From a virus: a stretch of DNA of 64,000 nucleotides. The position numbers and the translations under genes are program-made. Numbering within the stretch: position 1 is the stretch's first letter; each line of letters starts with the position of its first letter. The DNA is taken from IMG/VR virus record IMGVR_UViG_3300045988_132849, positions 76,252 through 140,251 of that record; one strand, given 5' to 3'. This document shows positions 54,801 to 64,000 of this stretch, one piece after another. Under the pieces are notes generated by a model, which worked only from the letters and a program-made list of their open reading frames with translations, was not told the origin of the DNA and searched no databases.

Positions 54801-56549
54801 GTGCCAGAAATTTTAAGAAATAGAGGGATTGATGATTATGAAACGTATTTGAACCTTGATGATAGCGTAATTCAAGATTATGCCGATTTAGAGGGTATCA
54901 AAAATGCAGTAAATACAACGATTTTTGCACTTAAAAATGGACATAAAATCGGTATTTTAATTGACGAGGACGTAGACGGATTTTGCTCGGCTTCAATGAC
55001 ATATATGTACTTAAATCGCATTAATAATGAACTTTATGATGGTAAGAGTAACATTTGTTACTTATTACATAAAAAAGCAAAAGCTCACGGATTAAGTGAA
55101 GATATTACTATACCTGAAGACGTGAAACTTTTAATAATTCCAGATGCAGGCACCAATGATGTAGCACAATGTACAGAACTTGTAGACCGTGGTGTACAGA
55201 TTGTAATTCTTGATCACCATGAGAAAGAAGAATCTGAAGAAATAATGCCAGAGGAAGTTGTAATTGTAAATAATCAGTGTAGTCCACGATATAGAAATAA
55301 AGACTTATGTGGGGCTGGGATTGTCTATAGATTTTTACAGGCAATGGATGATGAGTTATGGATTAATTATGCAGATGATTATTTAGATTTATGTGCATTA
55401 GCCAATATTGGCGATGTGATGGATATGAGATCCTTTGAGACACGTCGTTTAGTCAATAAAGGAATACAGAATATTCAGAATGAATGCTTCAAAGCGCTGA
55501 TCAATGCACAAGATTATTCAATGCACAGTATTGTTAATATTCATAATATTCAGTGGTATATCGTTCCAATTATCAATGGTATGGTGCGATTTGGTTCTTT
55601 GAAAGATAAAGAATTGGTTTTTAGAGCATTTATCGAAGACTATGAGGTATTTGATTATAAGAAAAGAGCAACAAAAAACAATCCTGCGGAAGTAATCAAA
55701 GAGAACATTTACGATCGTGCTGCTCGATTATGCAAAAATGCCAAAGGCAAACAGGATCGTCAAAAGAAAAAGATGGTTCCAATTATTATGAAAGAGGCTG
55801 AAAAAGATAAAGATAGCAAGATTACTATTCTTGATGTTACAGAAACATTAGATAGCAGTTTGACAGGATTGGTTGCTATCAAGATCGCTGAAGATATGAA
55901 CAGACCATGCTTATTATTACGAAAGCATATTAATCCAGAAACAGGATTAGTAGAAATGAGTGGTAGCGCAAGGAATGTAGACCATAGTCCGATTGATAGT
56001 TTGAAAGATGTGATATCCGAAACAAATTCATTTTTATGGGCAAAAGGTCATGCCAATGCATTTGGATGTTCGACAGATAATATCTCTGGAGCAATCACAG
56101 AATTAAACGACAAGCTGAAAGATATTAAATATGATGCAACTTATAGAGTTGATTTCATTGTAGATGCTTGCAGATTAGATTTTGAACTACTACAGGAAAT
56201 GTCTAAATTAGATGATATTCGTGGGCAGGGTATTGATGATCCGATGATTGCTGTTAAGAATATTACATTAAATAAGGAAGAGATTAATGTTGTTGGTAAG
56301 AAAATGGATACAATCCAATTTAAAATTAATGATATTCCATGTGTGATGTTCAAGTGCGATGAGAAGAATAAAATCTATGATTGGATTATGAATGATTTCT
56401 CTGACGAAGGCACAGTTATATTTGAATTAGTAGGAACCGCACAAACTAATATTTTTAATGGTATTAGGCAATATCAAATTGCGGTTAATGATATTAATGT
56501 TCTGAGCATCACAACAGATGAAGAATTAGACGAAGATATTTGGGATTGA
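54801..56549 (+). CDS. RecJ-like DHH-family ssDNA exonuclease (582 aa), GTG start
   Basis: GILIDEDVDGFCSASM (motif I), IIPDAGTND (II), VILDHHE (III). Confidence 0.7.
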   Translation: MPEILRNRGIDDYETYLNLDDSVIQDYADLEGIKNAVNTTIFALKNGHKIGILIDEDVDGFCSASMTYMYLNRINNELYDGKSNICYLLHKKAKAHGLSEDITIPEDVKLLIIPDAGTNDVAQCTELVDRGVQIVILDHHEKEESEEIMPEEVVIVNNQCSPRYRNKDLCGAGIVYRFLQAMDDELWINYADDYLDLCALANIGDVMDMRSFETRRLVNKGIQNIQNECFKALINAQDYSMHSIVNIHNIQWYIVPIINGMVRFGSLKDKELVFRAFIEDYEVFDYKKRATKNNPAEVIKENIYDRAARLCKNAKGKQDRQKKKMVPIIMKEAEKDKDSKITILDVTETLDSSLTGLVAIKIAEDMNRPCLLLRKHINPETGLVEMSGSARNVDHSPIDSLKDVISETNSFLWAKGHANAFGCSTDNISGAITELNDKLKDIKYDATYRVDFIVDACRLDFELLQEMSKLDDIRGQGIDDPMIAVKNITLNKEEINVVGKKMDTIQFKINDIPCVMFKCDEKNKIYDWIMNDFSDEGTVIFELVGTAQTNIFNGIRQYQIAVNDINVLSITTDEELDEDIWD

Positions 56550-56560
56550 GGTGAAAGTTA

Positions 56561-59500
56561 GTGAGCAGTTCATTACATACACATTCGCATTATTCATTAT
56601 TAGATGGATATGCATTACCTGAAGAAAATTTACAAAGGGCAGAAGAGATAGGATTAAAAGCCCTGGCTATCACAGAACATGGAAATGAGTATAGCTGGTG
56701 CTATTATGATAAGCTTCATGAGAAATATCCAAGTGTTAAATTAATCTTCGGTGTTGAATTTTATGAATGTTTTGATATGACAGAGCAAAACAAGGAAAGC
56801 AAATATTTCCATTTAATTGTTTTAGCCAAAAATGAAAATGGGCGCAAGGCAATTAATCAATTGGTAACTGATTCGAACTTTCATGGATTTTACTACAAAC
56901 CACGAATTGATCTGGACGCATTAAAACCATATGCAAAGGATCTGATTGTGAGCAGTGCTTGTTTGGCATCTAAACTTGCCAGAGAGCCAGATTATCAGAA
57001 GTGTATTAAATATGTTCATGAATACAAAGAGATTTTCCCACATTTTTATTTAGAAATGCAGTCACATTCGCATCAGGATCAAGTGGTATATAATCAGAAA
57101 ATCTTACAGCTTTCCAAAGACACGAAGACGCCATACATTATCACAACTGATAGTCATGCTGCTAGAAAAGAAGACCTGTATTATCAGAATTGGCATGTAA
57201 AACTTGCTCACGATACCGAAACCGCAGCAGAAATTTACGAAGGATGTTATTTGCAATCTGATGATGAAATTCATGCAATTATGGATAGTCAAATTGGAGA
57301 AGACGCAGTAACTAAAGGACTTGAAGAAACTGATAGGATTGCAGATTTAATTGATGAAATCCACATGCCATTTCAGGCACCTCAGTTACCATCTTTCCCA
57401 TTACCAGAAGGGTTTGAAGATAATTATTCTTATTTAAAGTATCTGATTGATACAGGGTGGGTAAAACGAGGATTCGATAAATTACCAGAAGATGAGCAGA
57501 AACTCAGAAAAGAAAGAATTGATTATGAGTTAGATATTATTCATTCGATGGGATTCGATGGATACTTCTTGATTGTTTGGGATTTTATCAATTTTGCAAG
57601 AGAAAATGGTATTCCAATTGGTGCTGGTCGAGGTAGTTGTGCAGGTAGTTTGGTGTGTTACACGATTACAATTACAGACTTAGATCCTATCAAATATGGA
57701 CTGATTTTTGAAAGATTTTTAAATCCAGAGCGAATTTCAATGCCAGATACAGATACAGATGTTGGTACACGAGATGAGATTATCCAATACTTGATCGATA
57801 AGTATGGCGAAAACAGAGTATGCCAGATTATCAATTTCAGTTTTATTACTCCAATTGTAGCGATCAAAGATGTTGGTAAGGTCTTAGGGTTCAATTATCA
57901 CGAGATGGACAAATTAAGTAAAAAATTCGTATATGACACAATTGAAGAATCTTTGTGGAATAACAGAGATTTAGCAGAGAACCCAAGATATGAAGAACTT
58001 TTTGATGTTGCATCACATCTTGCAGGCAGAGTAAAAACAGTATCTTCTCATGCAGGTGGTGTAGGAATTGTTGATACAGATATTAGTGATTATATGGCAA
58101 TGAAACTTGGAACTGACGGAGAACACGTCATCCAAGTAGATAAACGTATCGTTGAAGAGATTGGAATTATTAAATTTGATATTTTGGGTGTTGCTACATT
58201 GAACACTGTAAAAGAAGCCGAAATTGACGCAGGGTTAACTGAGTTTGATGTAAATATTAACAATCCAAAGTTTGAAATGGATAAAGGATCATATGAATTA
58301 TTGCGTAGTGCAATGACGAATGGTGTTTTCCAGGTCGAAAGTGCTGGTATGAAGGATTTGCTGGTTAGGTTACAAGTCTCAAACATGGAAGAGTTGGCAG
58401 CTGTATTAGCACTGTATAGACCAGATGCAATGGATGTCTTAGAAGAATTCATTGAGTATAAACATCATCCAGAGAAAATTACATATATCCATCCAGATAT
58501 GGAGCCAATCTTAAAGGAAACGTATGGATGTATGATTTATCAGGAGCAATTACTTGATATTGTTCGTAAATTTGGTGGTCGAAGTTATGGAGGAGCTGAC
58601 TTATTCCGTAAGGCGATTGGTAAGAAGAATATTGAACTTGTAAAGTCTGAATCTAAAAAGCTTTATTACGAGATTATTGAGAATGGATACCCCGAAGAAA
58701 TTGCAAAACAGATTAGCGAGACATTATCCCAAAAAGGGGGATACTTATTCAACAAAAGTCATGCGTACTCCTACGCTGTATTATGCTTACAAACAGCGTT
58801 TTTAAAGAAACATTATGCGTTGTGTTTTTTTAAGGCATTATTGAATCGCAATAAAGATAAGGCAGGAATGGTAAATAAATATATTCTTGATGCCAAGGCG
58901 TTTAAGATTCAAGTGTTACCACCAAACTTAAATAAATCAATGATGAATTTCAGTATTGACGATGTGTATATATTGTTTGGATTATCGGCTATCAGTGGTA
59001 TTGGAGAAAAAATTGCAAAGGTGATTCTTGAAGACCGTGATAAAAATGGTAAATTCATAGGATTTGAAAACTTTTGCGAACGTATTAACCCAAGTAAATC
59101 ACAGGTTATTCAGTTGATCAAAGCAGGTGCAATTCCAACAAAGAATAAACGTAAAACTTTAATTCAATATTTGAAATCTATGTATCAGCCAACAACATTT
59201 AAACCAGTTGCGAAAGCACCGAGTTACAAACAATTACTTATTAAATGGGATATTGACGCTGAAGATTACCGTATAGGTGAGAAGAAATATGATTACGACA
59301 AAGATGCAATATTAAAAGCTTACAACGATAAAAAGTATGAACTGTATAAAGATAAGGAAAAAGAACGATTTCAGAAATTTATCGCACAGAATCAAAAATA
59401 TCTTGAGAATGAAGATTTTTGGGAATTTGAAGCATTGCAAATCTTTATCAACGATAACCCATTTGATCAGGCATATAAGTATATGTCAAAACAATTTCAA

Positions 59501-59794
59501 GATGTTGAAGATGGAGATGATTGTACTGTGGTTGCAGTGATCGCTAAAGTTGATAAAAAGAAAGACAAAAATAAAAAGACATTTGCGTATGTGAATTTAT
59601 ATTCTAGTTTTGGATTGACTGAGGCAATCGTCTGGCATTCGCAATTAAAAGAATATGAAGATATGATTGTCAAAGGAAATCAGATTGCGATGTTATGCAG
59701 AAAAGATTCAGACGAGAAGGTTATCGCAAAGAAAATTAAACCATATAAACAATGGCTAGAAGATATTAAGAAAGTGAAGGGGGTTGTCGCCTAA
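56561..59794 (+). CDS. dnaE: DNA polymerase III alpha subunit (DnaE-type), 1077 aa, GTG start
   Basis: PHP domain LHTHSHYSLLDGYA...ITEHGN; size and organisation of Pol III alpha. Confidence 0.8.
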   Translation: MSSSLHTHSHYSLLDGYALPEENLQRAEEIGLKALAITEHGNEYSWCYYDKLHEKYPSVKLIFGVEFYECFDMTEQNKESKYFHLIVLAKNENGRKAINQLVTDSNFHGFYYKPRIDLDALKPYAKDLIVSSACLASKLAREPDYQKCIKYVHEYKEIFPHFYLEMQSHSHQDQVVYNQKILQLSKDTKTPYIITTDSHAARKEDLYYQNWHVKLAHDTETAAEIYEGCYLQSDDEIHAIMDSQIGEDAVTKGLEETDRIADLIDEIHMPFQAPQLPSFPLPEGFEDNYSYLKYLIDTGWVKRGFDKLPEDEQKLRKERIDYELDIIHSMGFDGYFLIVWDFINFARENGIPIGAGRGSCAGSLVCYTITITDLDPIKYGLIFERFLNPERISMPDTDTDVGTRDEIIQYLIDKYGENRVCQIINFSFITPIVAIKDVGKVLGFNYHEMDKLSKKFVYDTIEESLWNNRDLAENPRYEELFDVASHLAGRVKTVSSHAGGVGIVDTDISDYMAMKLGTDGEHVIQVDKRIVEEIGIIKFDILGVATLNTVKEAEIDAGLTEFDVNINNPKFEMDKGSYELLRSAMTNGVFQVESAGMKDLLVRLQVSNMEELAAVLALYRPDAMDVLEEFIEYKHHPEKITYIHPDMEPILKETYGCMIYQEQLLDIVRKFGGRSYGGADLFRKAIGKKNIELVKSESKKLYYEIIENGYPEEIAKQISETLSQKGGYLFNKSHAYSYAVLCLQTAFLKKHYALCFFKALLNRNKDKAGMVNKYILDAKAFKIQVLPPNLNKSMMNFSIDDVYILFGLSAISGIGEKIAKVILEDRDKNGKFIGFENFCERINPSKSQVIQLIKAGAIPTKNKRKTLIQYLKSMYQPTTFKPVAKAPSYKQLLIKWDIDAEDYRIGEKKYDYDKDAILKAYNDKKYELYKDKEKERFQKFIAQNQKYLENEDFWEFEALQIFINDNPFDQAYKYMSKQFQDVEDGDDCTVVAVIAKVDKKKDKNKKTFAYVNLYSSFGLTEAIVWHSQLKEYEDMIVKGNQIAMLCRKDSDEKVIAKKIKPYKQWLEDIKKVKGVVA

Positions 59795-62057
59795 AGTGGT
59801 GGATAGTACAAAAGAATATGAGTTTGAGATTGTCCCATTATATCAGATTTATTATAATGAAGAATCTTTATTTGGGATTTACACATTCTGTACAGCAGAA
59901 GATTTACCAGAATGTAAACCATATAATAATAATGATTTTGATGACTTATCCGATAAAAAAATGAATAAATGTGGCAAATTGGTTGGTAATATGCAGGAGT
60001 TGTATTTAGGAACGAAATATAAGGTCAAAGCCAATATGACATATTCTAAGAAATACAATGAATACCAATATAAACCACTTTCTATAGTTGCTGAAGTTCC
60101 TAAAACTTTTGAAGCACAAAAGGTATTTTTAAAAACACAGACGAACGCAGTGATCGCAGATCAGTTAATTGCGAAATATCCTAATGTTGTCGAAGATGTA
60201 ATGAATGGTCAGTTAAAGATGATTGACCATTCAGAAATTAAAGGACTAGGAGATAAAACTTGGAAGAAGCTTAGAGATAAAATTATTAAAAATTATGTGA
60301 TTTCTGACATTGTTGTAATGTTGCAACCATATGGGGTTACGTTACCAACGATTGAAAGATTATTGAAATCCGAACCTAATCCAAGTGTCTTAAAAAAGCA
60401 GATTGAACAAAATCCATATATACTAACTAGAGTAAAGGGTATGGGATTTAAACGAGTTGATGATATTGCACTCAAATTGAAACCAGAATTGCGATGCTCA
60501 AATCAACGGTTAAATGCATTTATTTCCTACGACTTGCATCAAGTTGGTGATAATGATGGACATACATATGTGTATATCAAAAATTTAAGAAGCAATATTA
60601 GTAATGCAGTATCTGAATGCCTACCTATATTTGACGAATGGTTTGATGAAGAATCAGATAAAAATTTACCAAATTATTTATATACATCGGGAGACAAAAT
60701 TGGTCTGAGATCGTATTATAAAATTGAAATGGATATTTACGAATTGATTAAAGATATGGAGAAGTATGCATTTGGGAATACAACAGATTACGAACCAATA
60801 ACAGATAGTGAGATTAGTCAGACGATTTCTGAAGTTGAAGATGAAGAAGGGTTTATGTTTTCAGAAGAGCAAATTACAGGAGTTAACAAAGCATTAAATT
60901 GCCAAGTTGTGTTTATTTCTGGAGAAGCTGGAACTGGTAAAACAACAATTCTGAAACCAATTATTAAATGCTACCAAAAAAGAAATAATAGCATTGTTGC
61001 GTGTGCCTTATCTGCAAAAGCAGCCCAAAGAATTAAAGAAGCAACAGGCTTAGACTCACGGACTATTCATAGATTGCTTATGGCAGAAGGTATTGATAGT
61101 TTTTGTTACAATCAAGATAACCCATTACCTGCTGATGTAGTAATTATGGACGAAAGTAGTATGACAAATGCGAGCCTTTTCTATAATTTTTTATTAGCAA
61201 TTCGACCAGGAACACGATTAATTTTTTGTGGTGACTATATGCAGTTGCCACCAATTGGATTTGGTAATATTTTCTCGGATCTGTTAAAAAAGAAAGGTTT
61301 AAATAGTGTGCAGCTTACCAAACCGATGAGACAAGCAGAAAAATCTGGTATTTTAACGGATGCAAGAAAGATTCGAAGAGGGATTAATCCATTGGATAGT
61401 CCACAGTTAAAAATTGTCCATGGTGAACTAAATGATATGTTTTATTTGTTTAGGAAGAATAGAGAATCATTGTTTAATATGGCAGTAAAACAGTATATCA
61501 AATCTGTTAAAGAGGAAGGAATTGACAATGTTGTGATTGTTTCTCCACGAAGAAGTAATTGTACGAACAGTACAGATGAATTGAACAAAGCAGTACAGAA
61601 AGAATTATTTGCTAGTAGTAATAAACCATTTGTTGAATTCAAAGATCGTAAATACTATTTAGGAGATAAGGTATTACAGACCTCAAATGATTACGAGCGA
61701 GACGTATTTAATGGTGATATTGGATACATTACAGCGATTGATAAAGAAAAAGAAATATGTTTGGTGTCTATGAATGCAAATATCGAAGAGAAGATGATTG
61801 AATATTCTTTCGCTCAACTTGGACAACTGCAATTAGCATACGCATTAACCACGCATAAGCTTCAAGGATCGGCAGCACAGACCATGATCGGTATTATTGA
61901 CAATACGCATTACAAATTGCTTGATAACTGTATGTTATATACGATGTTAACACGAGCTAAGAAAAGATTTGCGCTCCTTGCAGAGCCAGAAGCGTTCAAA
62001 AGATGTATTATGACAAATCATAATAAGCGACGTACATGGCTAAGTTTACAATCATAA
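59784..62057 (+). CDS. RecD/RecD2-like ATP-dependent DNA helicase (757 aa)
   Basis: Walker A GEAGTGKTT; Walker B VVIMDESSM; C-terminal LAYALTTHKLQGS (motif V/VI-like). Confidence 0.75.
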   Translation: MSPKVVDSTKEYEFEIVPLYQIYYNEESLFGIYTFCTAEDLPECKPYNNNDFDDLSDKKMNKCGKLVGNMQELYLGTKYKVKANMTYSKKYNEYQYKPLSIVAEVPKTFEAQKVFLKTQTNAVIADQLIAKYPNVVEDVMNGQLKMIDHSEIKGLGDKTWKKLRDKIIKNYVISDIVVMLQPYGVTLPTIERLLKSEPNPSVLKKQIEQNPYILTRVKGMGFKRVDDIALKLKPELRCSNQRLNAFISYDLHQVGDNDGHTYVYIKNLRSNISNAVSECLPIFDEWFDEESDKNLPNYLYTSGDKIGLRSYYKIEMDIYELIKDMEKYAFGNTTDYEPITDSEISQTISEVEDEEGFMFSEEQITGVNKALNCQVVFISGEAGTGKTTILKPIIKCYQKRNNSIVACALSAKAAQRIKEATGLDSRTIHRLLMAEGIDSFCYNQDNPLPADVVIMDESSMTNASLFYNFLLAIRPGTRLIFCGDYMQLPPIGFGNIFSDLLKKKGLNSVQLTKPMRQAEKSGILTDARKIRRGINPLDSPQLKIVHGELNDMFYLFRKNRESLFNMAVKQYIKSVKEEGIDNVVIVSPRRSNCTNSTDELNKAVQKELFASSNKPFVEFKDRKYYLGDKVLQTSNDYERDVFNGDIGYITAIDKEKEICLVSMNANIEEKMIEYSFAQLGQLQLAYALTTHKLQGSAAQTMIGIIDNTHYKLLDNCMLYTMLTRAKKRFALLAEPEAFKRCIMTNHNKRRTWLSLQS

Positions 62058-62074
62058 AATATCTTTAAATGCTA

Positions 62075-62103
62075 TTGACAAGCACATAAAGGTATGGTAA
62101 GAT
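62075..62103 (+). promoter_or_regulatory. Promoter TTGACA-N17-TAAGAT (with TG); second copy of the repeated ~44-bp promoter block
   Basis: 62057-62100 matches 18050-18095 with one mismatch. Confidence 0.45.
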
Positions 62104-62136
62104 AAGGACATGTTAAAGAAAGGAGATGTGGAAATG

Positions 62137-62772
62137 AGAAAAAGATTTTTAATGAAAGTTATTTCGTTTAGTTTTTTAGCAATGTGTTCGGGGTTTATGA
62201 CTCACACAGTCAAAGCAGAGGAGCGACCCTCTGTAGAGGCTTCAACACTATCAACAGAGACAACTGCTGTAGAAAATAAGCAAGACAATGTGATTTCAAA
62301 TAATCCAATCAGTCAAAGCGTTGAATTAAAAGACGTTCATGAGCATTATCAGAAATGTAAGAAAGCTGATGAAGAAAAAGCAAGACAGATTCGATTAGAA
62401 ACACTTCGGAAGAAACGATTGCGAATTAAACGACAACGGCTGAAGCGAAAGCAAGAGCTTGAAAAGAGTTCACTTGGAACATTTTTGATCACGGCATATT
62501 GTCCATGTTATGAATGTTCTGAAGGATATGGATCTAAGATTGCTTGGAATCATGCAGGGCATAGATTTGCTCGACCGTATCATACGATTGCGGTTGATAA
62601 AAACATTATCCCTTACGGGACAAAAGTTAAAATTGAGGGATACGGTGATACAATCTTTGTGGCAGAAGATTGCGGAGGCAAAGTAAAAGGAATGCATGTA
62701 GACGTGTTCAAATCAACACATTCCGAAACAATAAATGTGCAACAGCACAGAAAAATATATGTAGTGAAGTAA
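62137..62772 (+). CDS. secreted 3D-domain protein (MltA/YuiC-like peptidoglycan-binding/lytic domain), 211 aa
   Basis: Signal peptide MRKRFLMKVISFSFLAMCSGFMTHTVKA; 3D domain FLITAYCPCYECSEGYGSKIAW...GTKVKIEGYGDTIFVAEDCGGKVKGMHVDVF. Confidence 0.7.
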   Translation, partial: RKRFLMKVISFSFLAMCSGFMTHTVKAEERPSVEASTLSTETTAVENKQDNVISNNPISQSVELKDVHEHYQKCKKADEEKARQIRLETLRKKRLRIKRQRLKRKQELEKSSLGTFLITAYCPCYECSEGYGSKIAWNHAGHRFARPYHTIAVDKNIIPYGTKVKIEGYGDTIFVAEDCGGKVKGMHVDVFKSTHSETINVQQHRKIYVVK

Positions 62773-62856
62773 TTGGCAGTTACTGAAAGACATAGAAACA
62801 CAAATTAAAATAATCAACTAAACAATATAAACAAGAAAAGGAAAATCCAAAAAATT

Positions 62857-64000
62857 ATGAAAACTGAATATGTGAAAGAAATGAATGTCTTGATCGACAG
62901 AATCAATGATGCTTCATATGCGTACTACGCAGAGGATAATCCGATCATTTCAGATAAAGAATTTGACGATTTATGTGCTACTTTAGAACGACTTGAGAGA
63001 GATTCTGGCGTTGTTTTGAATAATTCGCCCATCCATCACGTTCAAGGATTTATAATTGATTCTCTGGCTAAAGTAAAGCATACACGCCCAATGTTATCAG
63101 CTCAGAAGACGAAGGATGTCAATGAGGTCAAAAAATTTCTTGCGGATAAAATTGGTGTTTTATCGTGGAAGGAAGATGGTCTGACGGTGGTACTAAGGTA
63201 CGAAAATGGGCGCTTGAAACAAGCAATTACAAGGGGAAATGGCGAAATCGGCGAAGATGTTACTCATACAGCACGTATGATTTTCAATTTGCCTCTTAAG
63301 ATTCCAGATAAGCGTAGCATTGAAGTGCGTGGCGAAGCAGTTATCAGCTATGAAGACTTCCAGAAAATCAATGAAGCGTTACATGGTAAGTATAAAAATG
63401 CAAGAAATCTTGCGGCAGGTACAATCAGGCAGTTAGATGCAAACATAGCAAAAGAAAGAAAACTTGCTTATAAAGCATTTGAATTAGTAAAAATTGATGG
63501 CGTATCTGAGAAAGAGATGCCAAGTATCGCAGATAGCTTTAAATATCTGGCAGAACAGGGATTTGATGTCGTAGAACATCAAGTTGTTAATCGAGATAAT
63601 GTTGAAGAATATATCAGGAACTTTGATCCAGAGACATATGAATATCCTGTTGATGGTTTGATTTTTACTTATAACGATTATCAGTATGGAAAATCTCTTG
63701 GCACTACTTCGCATCATGGACTCAATATGATCGCTTTAAAATGGTTCGATTCTCTCTACAAAACAACGATCAGAGATATTGAATGGAATACATCTCGCAC
63801 AGGACTGATTAATCCAGTTGCTGTATTTGATCCAGTTGATCTTGATGGAGCTGAAACCACAAGAGCCACATTGCATAATGTAAGTTATATTGAAAAATTA
63901 GAACTTGGTGTAGGTGATACAATCCAGGTTTACCGAAGTAACATGGTTATCCCTAAAGTACACGACAATCTGACAAGAAGCAATACTTTCAAGATCCCAG
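62857..64000 (+). CDS. ligA: NAD+-dependent DNA ligase (LigA), 5' portion; continues past the window end
   Basis: RPMLSAQKTKD, KxDG-like SWKEDGLTV, adenylation-domain architecture; no stop before 64000. Confidence 0.75.
   Translation, partial: MKTEYVKEMNVLIDRINDASYAYYAEDNPIISDKEFDDLCATLERLERDSGVVLNNSPIHHVQGFIIDSLAKVKHTRPMLSAQKTKDVNEVKKFLADKIGVLSWKEDGLTVVLRYENGRLKQAITRGNGEIGEDVTHTARMIFNLPLKIPDKRSIEVRGEAVISYEDFQKINEALHGKYKNARNLAAGTIRQLDANIAKERKLAYKAFELVKIDGVSEKEMPSIADSFKYLAEQGFDVVEHQVVNRDNVEEYIRNFDPETYEYPVDGLIFTYNDYQYGKSLGTTSHHGLNMIALKWFDSLYKTTIRDIEWNTSRTGLINPVAVFDPVDLDGAETTRATLHNVSYIEKLELGVGDTIQVYRSNMVIPKVHDNLTRSNTFKIP

Noticed and set aside
1-64000. CRISPR array
   Set aside because: No regularly spaced direct repeats of 24-48 bp were seen. 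The periodic repeats at 2693-2795 have only three partly divergent units with a 43-bp period and no spacer-like structure.

Overview
This 64-kb window is AT-rich (roughly one-third GC) and very densely coded. About 100 ORFs are co-oriented on the + strand, and only one gene is clearly on the - strand: an XRE/Cro-CI-type HTH repressor at 33804..34007. The content looks like a contiguous piece of a large Firmicutes phage or prophage with an SPbeta-like layout.

- **Early region:** many small ORFs with strong Firmicutes RBSs. The first CDS is partial and ArdA-like. There is a hicA/hicB toxin-antitoxin pair, three Bro-N-family paralogs, a solitary MazF/PemK-like toxin, a small tyrosine recombinase and a calcineurin-like phosphoesterase.
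- **Nucleotide / NAD block (26.7-30.9 kb), the main candidate system:** an isochorismatase/nicotinamidase-like hydrolase, a PRPP-synthetase-like enzyme, a NAMPT-like phosphoribosyltransferase, a TARG1-like macrodomain and NH3-dependent NAD synthetase NadE.
- **Membrane pair:** a flotillin/SPFH protein followed by a membrane-anchored coiled-coil protein that is weakly PspA-like.
- **Lysogeny-switch-like locus:** an interrupted tRNA(CAU)-like gene, a bidirectional terminator, the - strand repressor and a divergent promoter.
- **Nucleotidyltransferase pairs:** a CCA/PAP-family minimal nucleotidyltransferase next to an NrnA-like DHH-DHHA1 phosphoesterase, and a COG3541-like nucleotidyltransferase directly followed by a HigA-like HTH.
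- **Also present:** two phage sigma-70-family factors, a nucleoside 2-deoxyribosyltransferase-like protein, and a 3D-domain secreted protein.
- **Replication module:** SSB-like protein, RecA-like ATPase, DnaB-like helicase, DnaG-like primase, RecJ-like exonuclease, Pol III alpha (DnaE-like), RecD-like helicase and a 3'-truncated NAD-dependent ligase.

Several repeat and operator-like motifs recur in intergenic regions. All calls rest on ORF structure, RBS context and remembered family motifs only; no database search was possible.
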